A DNA stretch of 64,000 nucleotides, from positions 72,684-136,683 of the forward strand of contig CAVPWX010000015.1 in assembly GCA_963709605.1 (NCBI GenBank). Reading direction: 5' to 3'. Below, piece by piece: positions 27,332 to 37,680 of this stretch (position 1 is its first letter; each line of letters starts with the position of its first letter). Both the position numbers and the translations under genes were made by a program. The notes beneath the pieces are model-generated. The model made no database searches. It saw only the letters and a program-made list of their open reading frames with translations, and had not been told where the DNA came from. This DNA comes from an uncultured Chloroflexia bacterium (GTDB taxonomy: Bacteria; Chloroflexota; Limnocylindria; Limnocylindrales; CSP1-4).

Positions 27332-28998
27332 TCGTCGACGGGCGCGTCTTCCGGGGCTTCGGGCCCGGGGAAGCACCGCCGCACGGGTCGGCGCCGGGCG
27401 CACGACCCGAGGGAGCGCCGACCGCCGTCGCGGTGGCGGGCGGCCGGATCGCCTACGTCGGCGACGACGCCACTGCCCGCCGCGAGCACGCGGGGCCGGG
27501 GACGCAGGTCGTCGACGCTCGCGGCGGCCTCGTGTCCGCCGGCTTCGAGGACGCCCACCTCCACCTGCTGTCGGGCGCGCGCAGCCTGGACCGGATCGAC
27601 CTGTTCGGCGCCGAGACGCTGGCCGAGATCGGGGCCCGGATCGCCGGCTGGGCTCAGGCGCACCCCGACGCGCCGTGGGTCGTCGGGCGAGGCTGGTTCT
27701 ACGTCCCGTTCCCCGGCGGCCTCCCGACGGCGGCCCGGCTCGATGCGCTCGTCCCGGACCGGCCGGCCTACCTGCGCTGCTACGACGGCCACTCCGGCTG
27801 GGCGAACTCGCGGGCGCTCGCGCTGGCCGGCGTCGACGCCTCCACCCCCGACCCGCCGAACGGCCGGATCGTCCGCGACCCGGCGACCGGCGAGCCCACC
27901 GGCGCCGTCCTGGAATTGGCCCAGGAGCTGCTGGAACGGGTCCTCCCCTCCCCGACCGCCGGCGAGGACGCGGCGAGCCTGGGGCGCGCCTTCGCGGCGC
28001 TCCTCGCCGCCGGGATCACCGCCGTCCAGGACGCCTGGATCGAGGCCGCCGACGTCGCCTTCTTCCGCGGCCTCCGCGCCGCCGGCGCGCTCCCGGTCCG
28101 CGTCCGACTGGGGATGGCAATGCCGTCGGGGATCGCGCCGGGGCCGTGGCGCGACCTCCTTGACCGGTACGACGCCCTGGTCGGCGACCTCGCCGGCGAC
28201 GACTGGCTGACCTCCGGCATCCTGAAGGGCTTCGCCGACGGCGTGATCGAGTCGCGGACGGCCGCGATGCTCGCCCCGTACGAGGGGACGAGCACGACCG
28301 GCGACCCGGAGTGGACGCCCGACGGGCTGGCCGCCGCCGTCGAGCACGCCTCCCGGCGCGGCTGGCAGGTGGAGATCCACGCGATCGGCGATGCCGGCGT
28401 GCGGATGGCGCTCGACGCCTACGAGCGGGCGGGCGCGGCCGGGGCCGGCGAGGCGCGGGCGCGACGACACCGCGTGGAGCACATCGAGACGATCGACCCG
28501 GCCGACATCCCGCGCTTCGGCGCCCTCGGCGTGATCGCGAGCATGCAGCCGTTCCACGCCGACCCGGCCCCCGGCCAGATCGGGACATGGGCCGCGAACA
28601 TCGGCCCGGATCGGGCGGGCCGGGCCTGGGCGTGGCGCTCCATCCTCGACCGCGGGGGCCGCCTGGCGCTCGGCAGCGACTGGCCGGTGGTCCCCTTCGA
28701 CCCGTTCATCGCCCTCCACGGGGCGGTGACCCGGCAGACCCCGGCCGGCGAGCCGCCGGGCGGCTGGCTGCCCGCCGAGCGGCTCACCGTCGCCGAGGCG
28801 CTCGCCGCGTACACCCTCGGCCCGGCCTTCGCCGCCCACGCGGAGGCACGGCGTGGGATGATCGCGGTCGGCCACGACGCCGACCTCGTCGTCCTCGACC
28901 GGGATCTCCTGGCCGAGGGGCCGTCGGCGATCGTGGGGAGTCGCGTCGTCGCGACGATCGTCGCCGGGCGGATCGTCCACGCGGAGGGCGCCGCATGA
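27304..28998 (+). CDS. Amidohydrolase-family metal-dependent hydrolase (Amidohydro_3-like)
   Basis: Reads LLIVDGRVF...GGLVSAGFEDAHLHLL...HAIGDAGVRMALDAYE...RHRVEHIE...LGSDWPV. Confidence 0.85.
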   Translation: MRPVPADLLIVDGRVFRGFGPGEAPPHGSAPGARPEGAPTAVAVAGGRIAYVGDDATARREHAGPGTQVVDARGGLVSAGFEDAHLHLLSGARSLDRIDLFGAETLAEIGARIAGWAQAHPDAPWVVGRGWFYVPFPGGLPTAARLDALVPDRPAYLRCYDGHSGWANSRALALAGVDASTPDPPNGRIVRDPATGEPTGAVLELAQELLERVLPSPTAGEDAASLGRAFAALLAAGITAVQDAWIEAADVAFFRGLRAAGALPVRVRLGMAMPSGIAPGPWRDLLDRYDALVGDLAGDDWLTSGILKGFADGVIESRTAAMLAPYEGTSTTGDPEWTPDGLAAAVEHASRRGWQVEIHAIGDAGVRMALDAYERAGAAGAGEARARRHRVEHIETIDPADIPRFGALGVIASMQPFHADPAPGQIGTWAANIGPDRAGRAWAWRSILDRGGRLALGSDWPVVPFDPFIALHGAVTRQTPAGEPPGGWLPAERLTVAEALAAYTLGPAFAAHAEARRGMIAVGHDADLVVLDRDLLAEGPSAIVGSRVVATIVAGRIVHAEGAA

Positions 28999-29405
28999 AG
29001 GGCTTCATCGCCACGTTCATCGCCACGGGGGTCGCCCTCTGGGTGACCGCGCGGTTCGTGCCCGGCATCGAGATCCCCTCGTCCGCGTTCGCGACGATGC
29101 CCGACGACCTCATCGCCTTCGGGACGATCGTGCTCGTCTTCGGCGTCGCCAACGGGCTGGTCGGACAGGTCGTCACGATGCTGTCCCTGCCCCTCAACCT
29201 CGTCACGATGGGCCTCGCGGGGTTCATCCTCAACGTCGTCCTCTTCCTCGGCGCGGCCTACGTCTCGAACGCGGTGGGCGGCTCGATCAAGGTGGGCGAC
29301 TACCCGCCCGAGCTCATCACCCAGGCGACCCTGGTGGCCGCGGCCCTGGGCTCGCTCGTCGTCGGGATCGTCTCGGCGCTCGCCCGGCTCGTCCTCCCGG
29401 ACTGA
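28995..29405 (+). CDS. Phage-holin-family-IV-like small membrane protein
   Basis: 136 aa with 4 TM segments. Reads MKGFIATFIATGVALWVTARFVPGIEI. ATGA overlap with the amidohydrolase stop. Confidence 0.7.
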   Translation: MKGFIATFIATGVALWVTARFVPGIEIPSSAFATMPDDLIAFGTIVLVFGVANGLVGQVVTMLSLPLNLVTMGLAGFILNVVLFLGAAYVSNAVGGSIKVGDYPPELITQATLVAAALGSLVVGIVSALARLVLPD

Positions 29406-29429
29406 GGCGGGAGCAGGCGGGGGACGACG

Positions 29430-30919
29430 ATGGACTCGGCCGGCGACCGTCTCGCGGCGCTCGTGCCCGTCCTGCGCGTTGCCGCCCGCCGGTTCGGGAC
29501 CCCGCTCTACGCCACCGACGGGGCGGCGCTGGACGCGGCGGCGGCCGCCGTCCGCGCGGCATTCCCCGATCCCTGGCTGCGCACCTACTCGCTGAAGGCG
29601 AACGACCTCCCGGTTGTCGTGGCACGGATCGCCGCGCACGGCTTCGGTGCGAACGTCGTCTCGAGCGGCGAGTGGGCGCTCGCCCGGCGGGCGGGACTCC
29701 CGAACGCCGCGATCACCCTGGAGGGGATCGGCAAGACGGACGGGGACCTCCGGGCGGCCGCCCGGGCGGCCGCCGACGGGGAGCCTCTCCGCTGGATCGC
29801 CGTCGAATTGGCCGACGAGGCGGCGGCCCTCGCCCGTGCCGTTCTCGCCGCGCGAGGGCGCGCCCGGGCCGGCGGCGGTCCCGCTCTCCGCGTCGACGCG
29901 CTCGTGCGGCTCAACCCGGGCGTGGAGCCGGAGACCCACGCCGGACTTGCGACCGGCTCGCGGGCCTCCAAGTTCGGGGTGAGCCCCGACGAGGTCGGCC
30001 CGCTGATCGAGGCCGGGGGCGGCCCCGACGGGCCATCTGCTGGCGGGGACTCCACCTGCACGTCGGATCGCAGCTCGGGGCGGTGGACGCCTGGCGCGAC
30101 GCCGTCCGGCGGGCGCTCGCCCTCCTCGCCCTCCTCCGCGGCGGGATGCCCGACTTCGACACCCTCGACGTCGGAGGCGGCATGCCGGTCGCCCCGTGGC
30201 GGGCGGCCCCGGTCCCGGCACCGGGCCCGGCCCCGGTCGCGAACCGTGACGACATGCCGCGCCAGGCGACGGTGCCGGGCCCCGAGCGGTTCGCCGCCGA
30301 GATGCCGGCCCTCCTCGACGCGATCCCGGCCGACCGGCGGCCCCGGCGCATGGCCGTCGAGCCGGGGCGGGCGCTCGTCGCCTCGGCGGGCTGGCTGGTG
30401 GCCCGGGTCCTCCACGTCCGCGAGCGAACGCTTCCCCCGGAGGCAGCGCCGCCGGAGCGCGCCGGGGCCCATGCGCTCGCCGTCCTGCCGCCCGGCTCGT
30501 CCACCGAGGACCGCACCCGGCGGCTCGTCGTCGTCGACGCGGGCATGACGGAGCTGATCCGGCCCGCCCTCTACGGCGCCGAGCACGCCGTCGTCGCCCT
30601 CACGTCCCTGGGGCGGGCGGTCCGCCCGGGCGCGGACCCCCGCCCCTCCGGCCGTGGCGGCGCCCGCCCCTCCGGCCGCGGCGGCGCCCGCCCCGCGCGG
30701 GTGGACGGCCCCGTCTGCGAGTCGACCGACACTCTCGGCGAGCATCTCCTGCCCCCGCTGCGGCGGGGCGACCTCGTGGCCATCGCCGACGCGGGCGCGT
30801 ACGCTGCCTCGATGCGCTCGCCGTACAACGGCCGCCCGCGGCCGGCCGAGGTCATCGTGGAGGCCGACGGCTCGCTCACCCTGGCCCGCCGGCGCGGCAC
30901 GCTGGGCTCGCTCGGGTGA
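29430..30919 (+). pseudogene. lysA: Diaminopimelate decarboxylase with an apparent internal frameshift and an in-frame 24-nt tandem duplication
   Basis: The N-terminal frame reads FGTPLYATDGAALD...YSLKANDLPVV...KFGVSPDE. After ...IEAGGGPDG the conserved GLHLHVGSQLG...VDAGMTELIRPALYGAEH...GPVCESTD...YNGRPRP continues in another frame. The shift lies near 30030-30045. The duplication gives RPSGRGGARPSGRGGARP. Confidence 0.75.
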
Positions 30920-32637
30920 GGCGCCTCGTCGCGACCCTGGGCGTCCTGCTCGCGCTCGTCATGTGGCTGGCGCCGGTCTCGCCGGCTCGCGCCGAGACGC
31001 CGGCCGGCCCACCCTACCCCGACCCGGTCGCCGGCCGGGCCGTCTACGACACCGCCGGCCTCTTCACGGCGGCGGCGATCGCCGAGGCGGAGACGACGAT
31101 CGACCGGATCGAGGAGCGGACCGGCGCCGAGGTCGTCGTCTACACCCAGGTGAAGCCGGAGGCGACCACCGAATCGACCGAGGAGGACGCGATCGCCCTG
31201 ATCGACCAGTGGGGCGTGGGCCGGCAGGGCTTCGACGACGGCCTGGCGATCCTCATGAACGTCTACACGGAGGCCGGCGGGCGGGTCCGCGGGCAGGTCC
31301 AGCTCTATGCCGCTCCCGGCTTCCGCGCGCTCTACCTGACGAACGAGGAGCGGCAGCGGATCTTCGACGAGGAGATGCTCCCGCTCCTGCGCGACCAGCG
31401 CTTCGACGACGCGATGCTCGTCGCGCTGCGCCGGGTCGACGAGGTCGCCACGGCCGAGAACGCTGCGCAGCTCACGTTCTTCCGCCAGCTCGACGCGGTG
31501 ATCGGGATCGTCGGCGGGCTCGGCGGCTTCCTCGTCCTGGCCGGATACGCGTTCTTCCACTGGCGGCGCTACGGGCGCGACCCGTACGTCGTCGACAGCC
31601 CCTCGATCTACCTGCCCGCCCCGCCCCCGGAGCTGACCGCGGCCGGCGGCGCCCTCCTCCACGACGGCCGCTCGTCGCGCCGGACGCTGACGACGGCGCT
31701 GCTCGACCTTGCCTCCCGCGACGAGCTCGCCTTCCTCGCCAAGGACCGGCCCATCGGGCCCGACGAGGTCGAGGTCGCCCTCCACCCGCCCGACCTGGAC
31801 GACCCGCGGGTCCGCCTGAACCGCCGCAACCCGCTCTCGCCGGCGGAGCGCCACGCCCTCGACAGGCTCGAGGCGAAGGGCGACGCCGTCGGCGAGGGCG
31901 TCCGGGTCCTCGACCGGGCGGCCCTCCTGCAGTTCGGGAAGTCCGTCCCCGAGTTCGACGAGCGCCTCGAGAGCGAGCTGGTCAGGCGCGGCTGGTTCGG
32001 CGAGGCGCCGGGCAAGGTGATGAGGCGCTGGTTCCTCATCGGCGGAGCCGAGATCGGGGCGGCGATCCTCGCCTTCATCCTCGGGTCGATGATCCCGTCG
32101 AGCGGCTTCGTCCTCCTCGCCGTCGGGCTGGCGACCGCCGGCGTCGTGACGATGGTCGTCGCCTGGGCGATGCCGGCCCGCACGCTCGCCGGGGCGACGA
32201 TCCGGGCGATGCTGGCCGCCTACCGGCGCACGCTCCAGGCGGTCCTCTTCGGGGCCCGCTCGATGGACCAGGTGGTCGCCGAGCCGCGGCTCGCCTGGCT
32301 CGAGACGCCCGACCGGGCGGTCGTCTGGGCGGTCGCCCTGGGCCTGCAGGACGAGGTCGAGGAGGTCCTCAAGCGGAGCATGGAGGATCTCCGCGCCGGT
32401 CGGACCGGCTCGGCGTACGTGCCCATGTGGTACGGCAGCGCCAGCGGCCCCGGCGGTGCCGGTGGCTGGGGCGGCTTCGCCCCCGGGGTCATGTCGGGCT
32501 CGGCAATCCCGAACCTCGGCGGGATGTTCGCCGCCCTGGGCACGATCGGGAACACGCCGTCGTCGTCGGGGAGCGGCGGCGGCTTCTCCGGCGGCTCGTC
32601 GGGCGGCGGAGGCGGGGGCGCCGGCGGCGGCTTCTGA
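30916..32637 (+). CDS. TPM-domain / DUF2207-type membrane protein with a Gly-rich C-terminus
   Basis: GTGA overlap with the lysA stop. Signal peptide, then a TPM motif (AVYDTAGLFTAAAIAEAETTIDRIEERTGAEVVVYTQ). A DUF2207-like region follows (PPPELTAAGGALLHDG...LLDLASRDELAF), then TM segments and a GGGFSGGSSGGGGGGAGGGF tail. Confidence 0.78.
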   Translation: MRRLVATLGVLLALVMWLAPVSPARAETPAGPPYPDPVAGRAVYDTAGLFTAAAIAEAETTIDRIEERTGAEVVVYTQVKPEATTESTEEDAIALIDQWGVGRQGFDDGLAILMNVYTEAGGRVRGQVQLYAAPGFRALYLTNEERQRIFDEEMLPLLRDQRFDDAMLVALRRVDEVATAENAAQLTFFRQLDAVIGIVGGLGGFLVLAGYAFFHWRRYGRDPYVVDSPSIYLPAPPPELTAAGGALLHDGRSSRRTLTTALLDLASRDELAFLAKDRPIGPDEVEVALHPPDLDDPRVRLNRRNPLSPAERHALDRLEAKGDAVGEGVRVLDRAALLQFGKSVPEFDERLESELVRRGWFGEAPGKVMRRWFLIGGAEIGAAILAFILGSMIPSSGFVLLAVGLATAGVVTMVVAWAMPARTLAGATIRAMLAAYRRTLQAVLFGARSMDQVVAEPRLAWLETPDRAVVWAVALGLQDEVEEVLKRSMEDLRAGRTGSAYVPMWYGSASGPGGAGGWGGFAPGVMSGSAIPNLGGMFAALGTIGNTPSSSGSGGGFSGGSSGGGGGGAGGGF

Positions 32638-33098
32638 CGCCGCCCACGCCCCCGGGGGCCGGGGTGCCGGCCGCAGCGGGGCCGGGGGTTCGGCCGCGTG
32701 GCAGCCGCCGCCGGCTGAGGTGGGGCTCCGACCGTCCGGTGGCCGCGTCCCGCGGGTTTCCTCGCCGATGCGGCGCCAGGCATCACTATCGGAGATGCCG
32801 CTCCCTGAGAGGTGGTGAAGGCGGCGCGCCGGCGGGTGGCGGAGGCATGGTTCCCTCGCTTGTGGTCACCTGCGACCGCACTGACGAGGATCGTCGACGG
32901 CGATACGCGCCCCGCCGGGCGCGGTCATCCGTTTGTGATCACCTGGCCATCATCGGCGAGGGAATTGGCTGCACCGGGGCGGCGGGCGCGCGGGGCGCCG
33001 GTGCGGCGGGGGTCCGGGGCCTGCGCCCATGCCATCCCAGGCGCCCGCTTCGACCCCACCCGCCCGTGCCGGAGGCGGTCTTCGGCTAGACTCGGGCC

Positions 33099-33431
33099 AT
33101 GGGTGCCGTCGACACGATGGAAGTCTTCTTCGAGGAGCTGAACGCCGGCGCGCGCGACCGAGCCGTGGCCCTGATGGACGAGCGCGTGGAGATGCGTGTC
33201 CACGTCGGGGACAGCGCACGGACGCTGCGCGGGTTCGACCAGGTGAGCGGCTGGTTCCTGCGCGCCGACGCCGGGCTCAAGATGGTCCCCGGCGAGATCA
33301 AGGACATGGGGAACACCTGGCAGGCGGACGTGCTCGTCCTGCGGCCGGGCGCCCCCTCGCAGCACCTCGACGCGGCGTTCCGCGTGGAGGCAGGCAAGAT
33401 CACCTCGATCAACCTGGCGCCGCGCCGGTAG
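33099..33431 (+). CDS. NTF2/SnoaL-like small protein
   Basis: 110-aa ORF with the composition and length of SnoaL-like proteins. No strong motif is present. Confidence 0.5.
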   Translation: MGAVDTMEVFFEELNAGARDRAVALMDERVEMRVHVGDSARTLRGFDQVSGWFLRADAGLKMVPGEIKDMGNTWQADVLVLRPGAPSQHLDAAFRVEAGKITSINLAPRR

Positions 33432-33470
33432 GACGCGCCGGGGTCGGCGGCTGCGGCGCCCCACGGTGCC

Positions 33471-34740
33471 CTACGGCGCCGGCGTGATCTCCGCGTCGAC
33501 GATCTCGGTGGGCAGCGGCTGCGGGATCACGATCTCGTCGCCGACGTTGATGCTGTTGGGGTTCTTGATCTGCGGGTTGGCGGCCAGGATCTGGTCGACG
33601 GTGACGCCGTACTCCGTGGCGATGCCGGAGACCGTGTCCCCCGCCTTGACGACGTGGACCACCTGCGCCGGGGTCGGCACGGGGGTCGGGCTCGGCGCGA
33701 TCGTGGGCCCGGCCGACCCGGACGCCACGGGCGTCGGGCTCGCCTGCTCGTCGCCGCCCCCGCCCAGCCCCCTGAGAAGGAACGGGGTCGCGAACAGGGC
33801 GATGCCGACGACGAGGACGATCAGGGCATAGACCAGCGGGCGCGGGATCCCGCCCCCCTCCCCGCGGGACTTGAGGGACGGGTAGGCCTCGAAGCGCCGC
33901 GGCTCCTCCCAGGTGGGTGCGGCGGGATCGTGTCGCTCGTGGGAGCTGGCCGTGCGCCGCCCGCCCTTGGCCGGCGCCACGGGCGCATAGCCGATCGGCA
34001 CCCGGCGCGGCTCGGCGATCGGCCGCCGGCCCGGCGGCGCATCGCGGTCCTCCCCATAGCGGTCCCCCGCCGCATCGGCCTCCCCGGCGTCCCACGGCTC
34101 GCGCTCCTCCCACTCGGGGGGCAAGGCGGCCGGCTGCCGGCCCCGGCCCGCCAGGAAGGCGGGGGGCGCGGCGGCCTCGGCGGCCGCCTCGTCGAGATCC
34201 GCGGCGGGCGCGGGGGCTTCGCGCTCACGGCCCGTCTCGTACTCGGCCGGCGCGAGGTCCGCCGGCTCGGCCGCAGCGCCCGTCGGCGGCCTGGCGGCGG
34301 CCGGGCCAACGTCGCCGGCCGGCCCGGCCGCAACGCCTTCCGCGGCGGCCGGAGGCGGCTGCGACGCCGGGCGCCCACGGTGGCGGGGCCGCCCAGTCGG
34401 GGCCGGACGGGCGCGGGGCGGGCCCGGACGGCGGGGGCACGGCAGGCGGCTTGGCAGCCGTTGAGGGCCGGGGCGTGGCGGCGGGATCGCGCGGCGAGCG
34501 GATCGGGGACTCGGCCTTCGGCGGCGCCGCCTCCCGCCGCGCCCAGTCCACGAACGTCGGACAGCCGGCAAAGGCGCTCGCCAGGCAGTACGCGGCCTGG
34601 TGGGCCAGGGCCCGCGGTGCGGCCGGGCTCTCCGCGAAACAGCGGTGGCGGTGGTCGGGGACCGGGGAGCGGAAATCGCGGTCGTCGTCGAAGGCGACGA
34701 AGGGACAGACGACCTGCGGGTCGGCGGTGCGCTCGCTCAC
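33471..34740 (-). pseudogene. LysM-domain membrane protein with an N-terminal Cys/His-rich cytoplasmic domain; apparent frameshift in the Pro/Ala-rich linker
   Basis: The GTG start at 34740 gives VSERTADPQVVCPFVAFDDDRDFRSPVPDHRHRCFA...HQAAYCLASAFAGCPTFVDW. The TM segment (LVYALIVLVVGIALFATPFLL) and the C-terminal LysM (HVVKAGDTVSGIATEYGVTVDQILAANPQIKNPNSINVGDEIVIP) lie in another frame. The shift lies near 34330-34400. Confidence 0.65.
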
Positions 34741-34896
34741 GCGCCGATGATACCCGGGCGGTCGATCGGGCTTCGGGGTCGACCGGCACGCCCGACCCGC
34801 CCCGGCGACGCGGCCGGCCGGAATGCGCCGACGGGCCGGCACCGAGCGCACCGGCCGGCACTTGACCGCAGCGGCTCGCCGGCGTTTGCTGGCGCC

Positions 34897-35529
34897 ATGC
34901 GATCCCGCGGCCGGCGTCCGCTCGTCCTCCCGCTGGCGGCGCTCCTGCTCGCCGGATGCGGCCAGGGCACCTCCGCCGTACCCTCGACCGCCCCGTCCGT
35001 CACCGCCCCGTCCGCGGCGACCGCGTCCTCCACGCCACCCGGGCCCACCGACGTCCCCACCGTCAGCGCGTCGCCCCCGCCGTTCACCTGCGACGAGACC
35101 GTCCGGCGGCCGGGCTCGGTGCCGCTGGCCCTCCTCAGCGGCTTCAGCGTCGCCAACGACAGGGGCACGGGGCGCATCACCTTCGCGTTCCGCTCCGCCG
35201 GCAACGTCGCGGCGACGCCGGACATCGAGATCCGCCCGGCGGAGCCGCCGTTCACCCGGGACCCCAGCGGCCTGCCGCTCGAGGTCGCCGGAACGGCCTT
35301 CCTCGTCATCGTCCTGCAGGGCGGGACGGCACTCGACGCGGACTACAACCCCACCTTCGAGGGCCCCTTCGACGCCAACCCGGCGGGCAGCCCCATCGTG
35401 GCGGTGCGGCGCGCCGGCGACTTCGAGGCCGTCTCCAGCTGGGTGGTCGGGCTCGACGGCCCGCCCTGCGTCCGCCTCCTCCCGCCGGACGGCAGCAGCC
35501 GGCTCGTGATCGAGATCGAGACGAGGTGA
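34897..35529 (+). CDS. Lipoprotein of unknown function
   Basis: Lipobox LAALLLAGC, followed by a Pro/Ser/Thr linker and a ~140-aa beta-rich domain. Confidence 0.7.
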   Translation: MRSRGRRPLVLPLAALLLAGCGQGTSAVPSTAPSVTAPSAATASSTPPGPTDVPTVSASPPPFTCDETVRRPGSVPLALLSGFSVANDRGTGRITFAFRSAGNVAATPDIEIRPAEPPFTRDPSGLPLEVAGTAFLVIVLQGGTALDADYNPTFEGPFDANPAGSPIVAVRRAGDFEAVSSWVVGLDGPPCVRLLPPDGSSRLVIEIETR

Positions 35530-35533
35530 TCCG

Positions 35534-36475
35534 ATGAGCACCGCGCCCCCGTCTACGTCCCGGACTGCGTCCTCGCTGCCCGAGATCCGCCTGGCGAGCA
35601 CCGTCGAGCTGGCGGGCGGCCGCCTCGCCGAGTGGGAGGCGATGGGGTCCGGTGAGCCGCTCCTGTGGATCGAGGGCGGGCCCGGTTTCCCCGCCCATCT
35701 CGGGCGACCCGACGTCGTCCTCCTGGCCGACCGGTTCCGCGGCCACCTGGTGAACGCTCCGGGGAGCGGGCGAACCTCCGTGCCGGCCGGCCCCGAGGGC
35801 TACGGCCTTCCCGGCCACGTCGCCTTCTTCGACGAGGTTCGCCGGGCGCTCGGGCTGGGCCCGGTGACCGTGATGGGCCACTCGTGGGGCGGGCTCGTCG
35901 CGGCCGCCTACGCCGCGCTCGTGCCGGAGGCGGTCACGCGCCTGATCGTGATCGACGGCTACGCGGGCGGCGGATCGGTCGACCCGGCGGCGGCGAAGGC
36001 CGAGCGGGAGCGGTCACTCGATCGGCTCCGCGACCGGCCCTGGTTCGCCGCGGCGCTCGCCTCGGACGTGGAGATCGACCCGCTCACGGTGGCCTCCGAG
36101 GAGGAGCTCGTGCGCGGCTGGGACCCGTGCTGGCCCCTCATCTTCGCCGAGCCCGACCGCGAGCCGGCGCTGGGCCACGTGGCGCGGATTCGCCGCGAGC
36201 TCCGGGCGCACCTCCCGGTCCTGGGCGCGTGGGCCACCCGCTTCGAGGCCGACGATCACCGGCCGCTGCTCGCGACGGTTGCCTGCCCGACCCTCGTGCT
36301 CGCCGGCGAGCACGACTACATCTGCGGGCCGGTGTGGGCTCGCGAGGTGGCCGGCGCGATCCCGGGCGCCCGCTGCGTCGAGATCCCGGGCGCCGGGCAC
36401 GTCCCGCAGTACGAGGCACCGGCGGCGCTCCGGGCCGCGATCGACGACTGGCTGGCGACGACCGGCATCCGCTGA
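35534..36475 (+). CDS. Alpha/beta hydrolase (proline-iminopeptidase-like)
   Basis: Nucleophile elbow VMGHSWGG, an HG-type oxyanion region (IEGGPGFP) and a C-terminal GAGHVPQYE. Confidence 0.82.
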   Translation: MSTAPPSTSRTASSLPEIRLASTVELAGGRLAEWEAMGSGEPLLWIEGGPGFPAHLGRPDVVLLADRFRGHLVNAPGSGRTSVPAGPEGYGLPGHVAFFDEVRRALGLGPVTVMGHSWGGLVAAAYAALVPEAVTRLIVIDGYAGGGSVDPAAAKAERERSLDRLRDRPWFAAALASDVEIDPLTVASEEELVRGWDPCWPLIFAEPDREPALGHVARIRRELRAHLPVLGAWATRFEADDHRPLLATVACPTLVLAGEHDYICGPVWAREVAGAIPGARCVEIPGAGHVPQYEAPAALRAAIDDWLATTGIR

Positions 36476-36548
36476 GGCAGCGCGCGGAAGGGCCCGCTCA
36501 CTCGCGCGCAGGGGTCGTTTGACACCCTGCCGGGGCGCTCCGACACTT

Positions 36549-36592
36549 CGGGAGACGAACGGACGCTCACGGCGTCGTTCCCGTGTCTCCCG
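36549..36592 (+). promoter_or_regulatory. Long GC-rich hairpin between the hydrolase stop and the sodN RBS (terminator or 5'-leader structure)
   Basis: CGGGAGAC GAACGGACGC tcac GGCGTCGTTC ccgt GTCTCCCG. The outer 8-bp stem is perfect and the inner ~9-bp stem has one bulge. The GAAGGAG RBS follows at 36615-36621. Confidence 0.35.
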
Positions 36593-36628
36593 GGGGTCCG
36601 CCCGCCCCGCAACCGAAGGAGTGCCCAG

Positions 36629-37039
36629 ATGCGCCCGACCCGCCTGCTCCGCCCGACGACCGTCGTCCGGGCCCACTGCGACATCCCGTGTGGCATCTAC
36701 GACCCGGCCGAGGCGCTCCTCGCGGCCAAGACCGTCGCCCGCATGGTCGAGATCATCCACAGCATCGAGGGCAACGACACGGCGGCCCGCAACAAGTTCA
36801 GCCGCTGCGTCGCGGTCAAGGAGCAGCACGCCGAGAAGGTGAAGAAGGAGGTCCAGGTCATCTGGTCCGACTACTTCAAGCCCGAGCACCTCGAGGCGAT
36901 CCCCGACCTCCACACGAAGGTCTGGAACCTGCTCAAGCTGGCCGGCAAGAACAAGCAGAGCGTCGACGCCGACGCGGCGGCCCAGCTCATCGCCGCCACC
37001 CAGGAGTTCAGCGACCTCTTCTGGTCGACGAAGAAGTAG
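36629..37039 (+). CDS. sodN: Nickel-containing superoxide dismutase precursor
   Basis: A 15-aa leader (MRPTRLLRPTTVVRA) is followed by the Ni-hook HCDIPCGIYDP. The 136-aa length is typical of SodN. Confidence 0.93.
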   Translation: MRPTRLLRPTTVVRAHCDIPCGIYDPAEALLAAKTVARMVEIIHSIEGNDTAARNKFSRCVAVKEQHAEKVKKEVQVIWSDYFKPEHLEAIPDLHTKVWNLLKLAGKNKQSVDADAAAQLIAATQEFSDLFWSTKK

Positions 37040-37234
37040 CGACGACCGGCCCCCGGGCCACGGAGCCCGCTCCCACGAGCCGCCTCCAGGACGCCGGGCC
37101 CGCCGCCCGGCGTCCCTGCGTCTCCGGTCGACCCCGCCACCACGGCCGGCGAACGGCGTCGACGGCGGCGGCGCTGGAAGTTCGCCGCCTACCTCGGGCT
37201 CCTCGCCGTCCTGGCGCGCATCTTCGACGCGGCG

Positions 37235-37679
37235 ATGATCGCCCGGCGTGCCCGCCGCGGCCCGTGGCGGGCGGAGGTGGCCGAGCGGAGCATGGCCCCG
37301 GCGCTCCTCCCCGGCGACTGGCTGCTCCTCGATCCGACGACCCGCCGCTGGCCGCGGCCGGGGACGGTCGTCGTGGTCCGCGAGCCGGGGACCGGGATCC
37401 TGGCGATCAAGCGCGTCGCGGCCCGCGGAGACGGCGTCGGGGCGCCGAGTCTGCGCAGGGCGTGCTGGGGCCAACGGCCCCACCGGCAGCGTCGCCGGTC
37501 CGGGCGCTCCCCACGGCGCGGCGCGGACCCTCGGGCCTCGCGAAGCCTGGGTCCTCGGCGACGCGCCCGAGGGTTCGATCGACTCGCGGACCTACGGCCC
37601 CCTCGACGCTGACGACCTCGTCGCCCGGGCCTGGTTTCGCTACGGGCCAACAGGCAGGGTGGGCCGGCTGCGCAACTGA
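37235..37679 (+). pseudogene. sodX: Ni-SOD maturation protease (S26 signal-peptidase family) with an apparent frameshift
   Basis: The N-terminal frame reads ...WRAEVAERSMAPALLPGDWLLLD...GTVVVVREPGTGILAIKRVAA. The C-terminal conserved part EAWVLGDAPEGSIDSRTYGPLDADDLVARAWFRYGP is in another frame. The shift lies somewhere in 37430-37540. A TM-like segment upstream of 37235 has no start codon in frame. Confidence 0.65.
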
Positions 37680-37680
37680 T

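Noticed and set aside
32638-33098. The 460-nt gap after the DUF2207 gene as a riboswitch. It contains CUGAGAGG and GGUGAAGG strings.
   Set aside because: The matches to the TPP and cobalamin consensus sequences are limited to a few nucleotides. The required partner motifs (ACCUGAUC..., GCCACUG) are missing. No supportable structure or ORF was found, so the gap is left unannotated.
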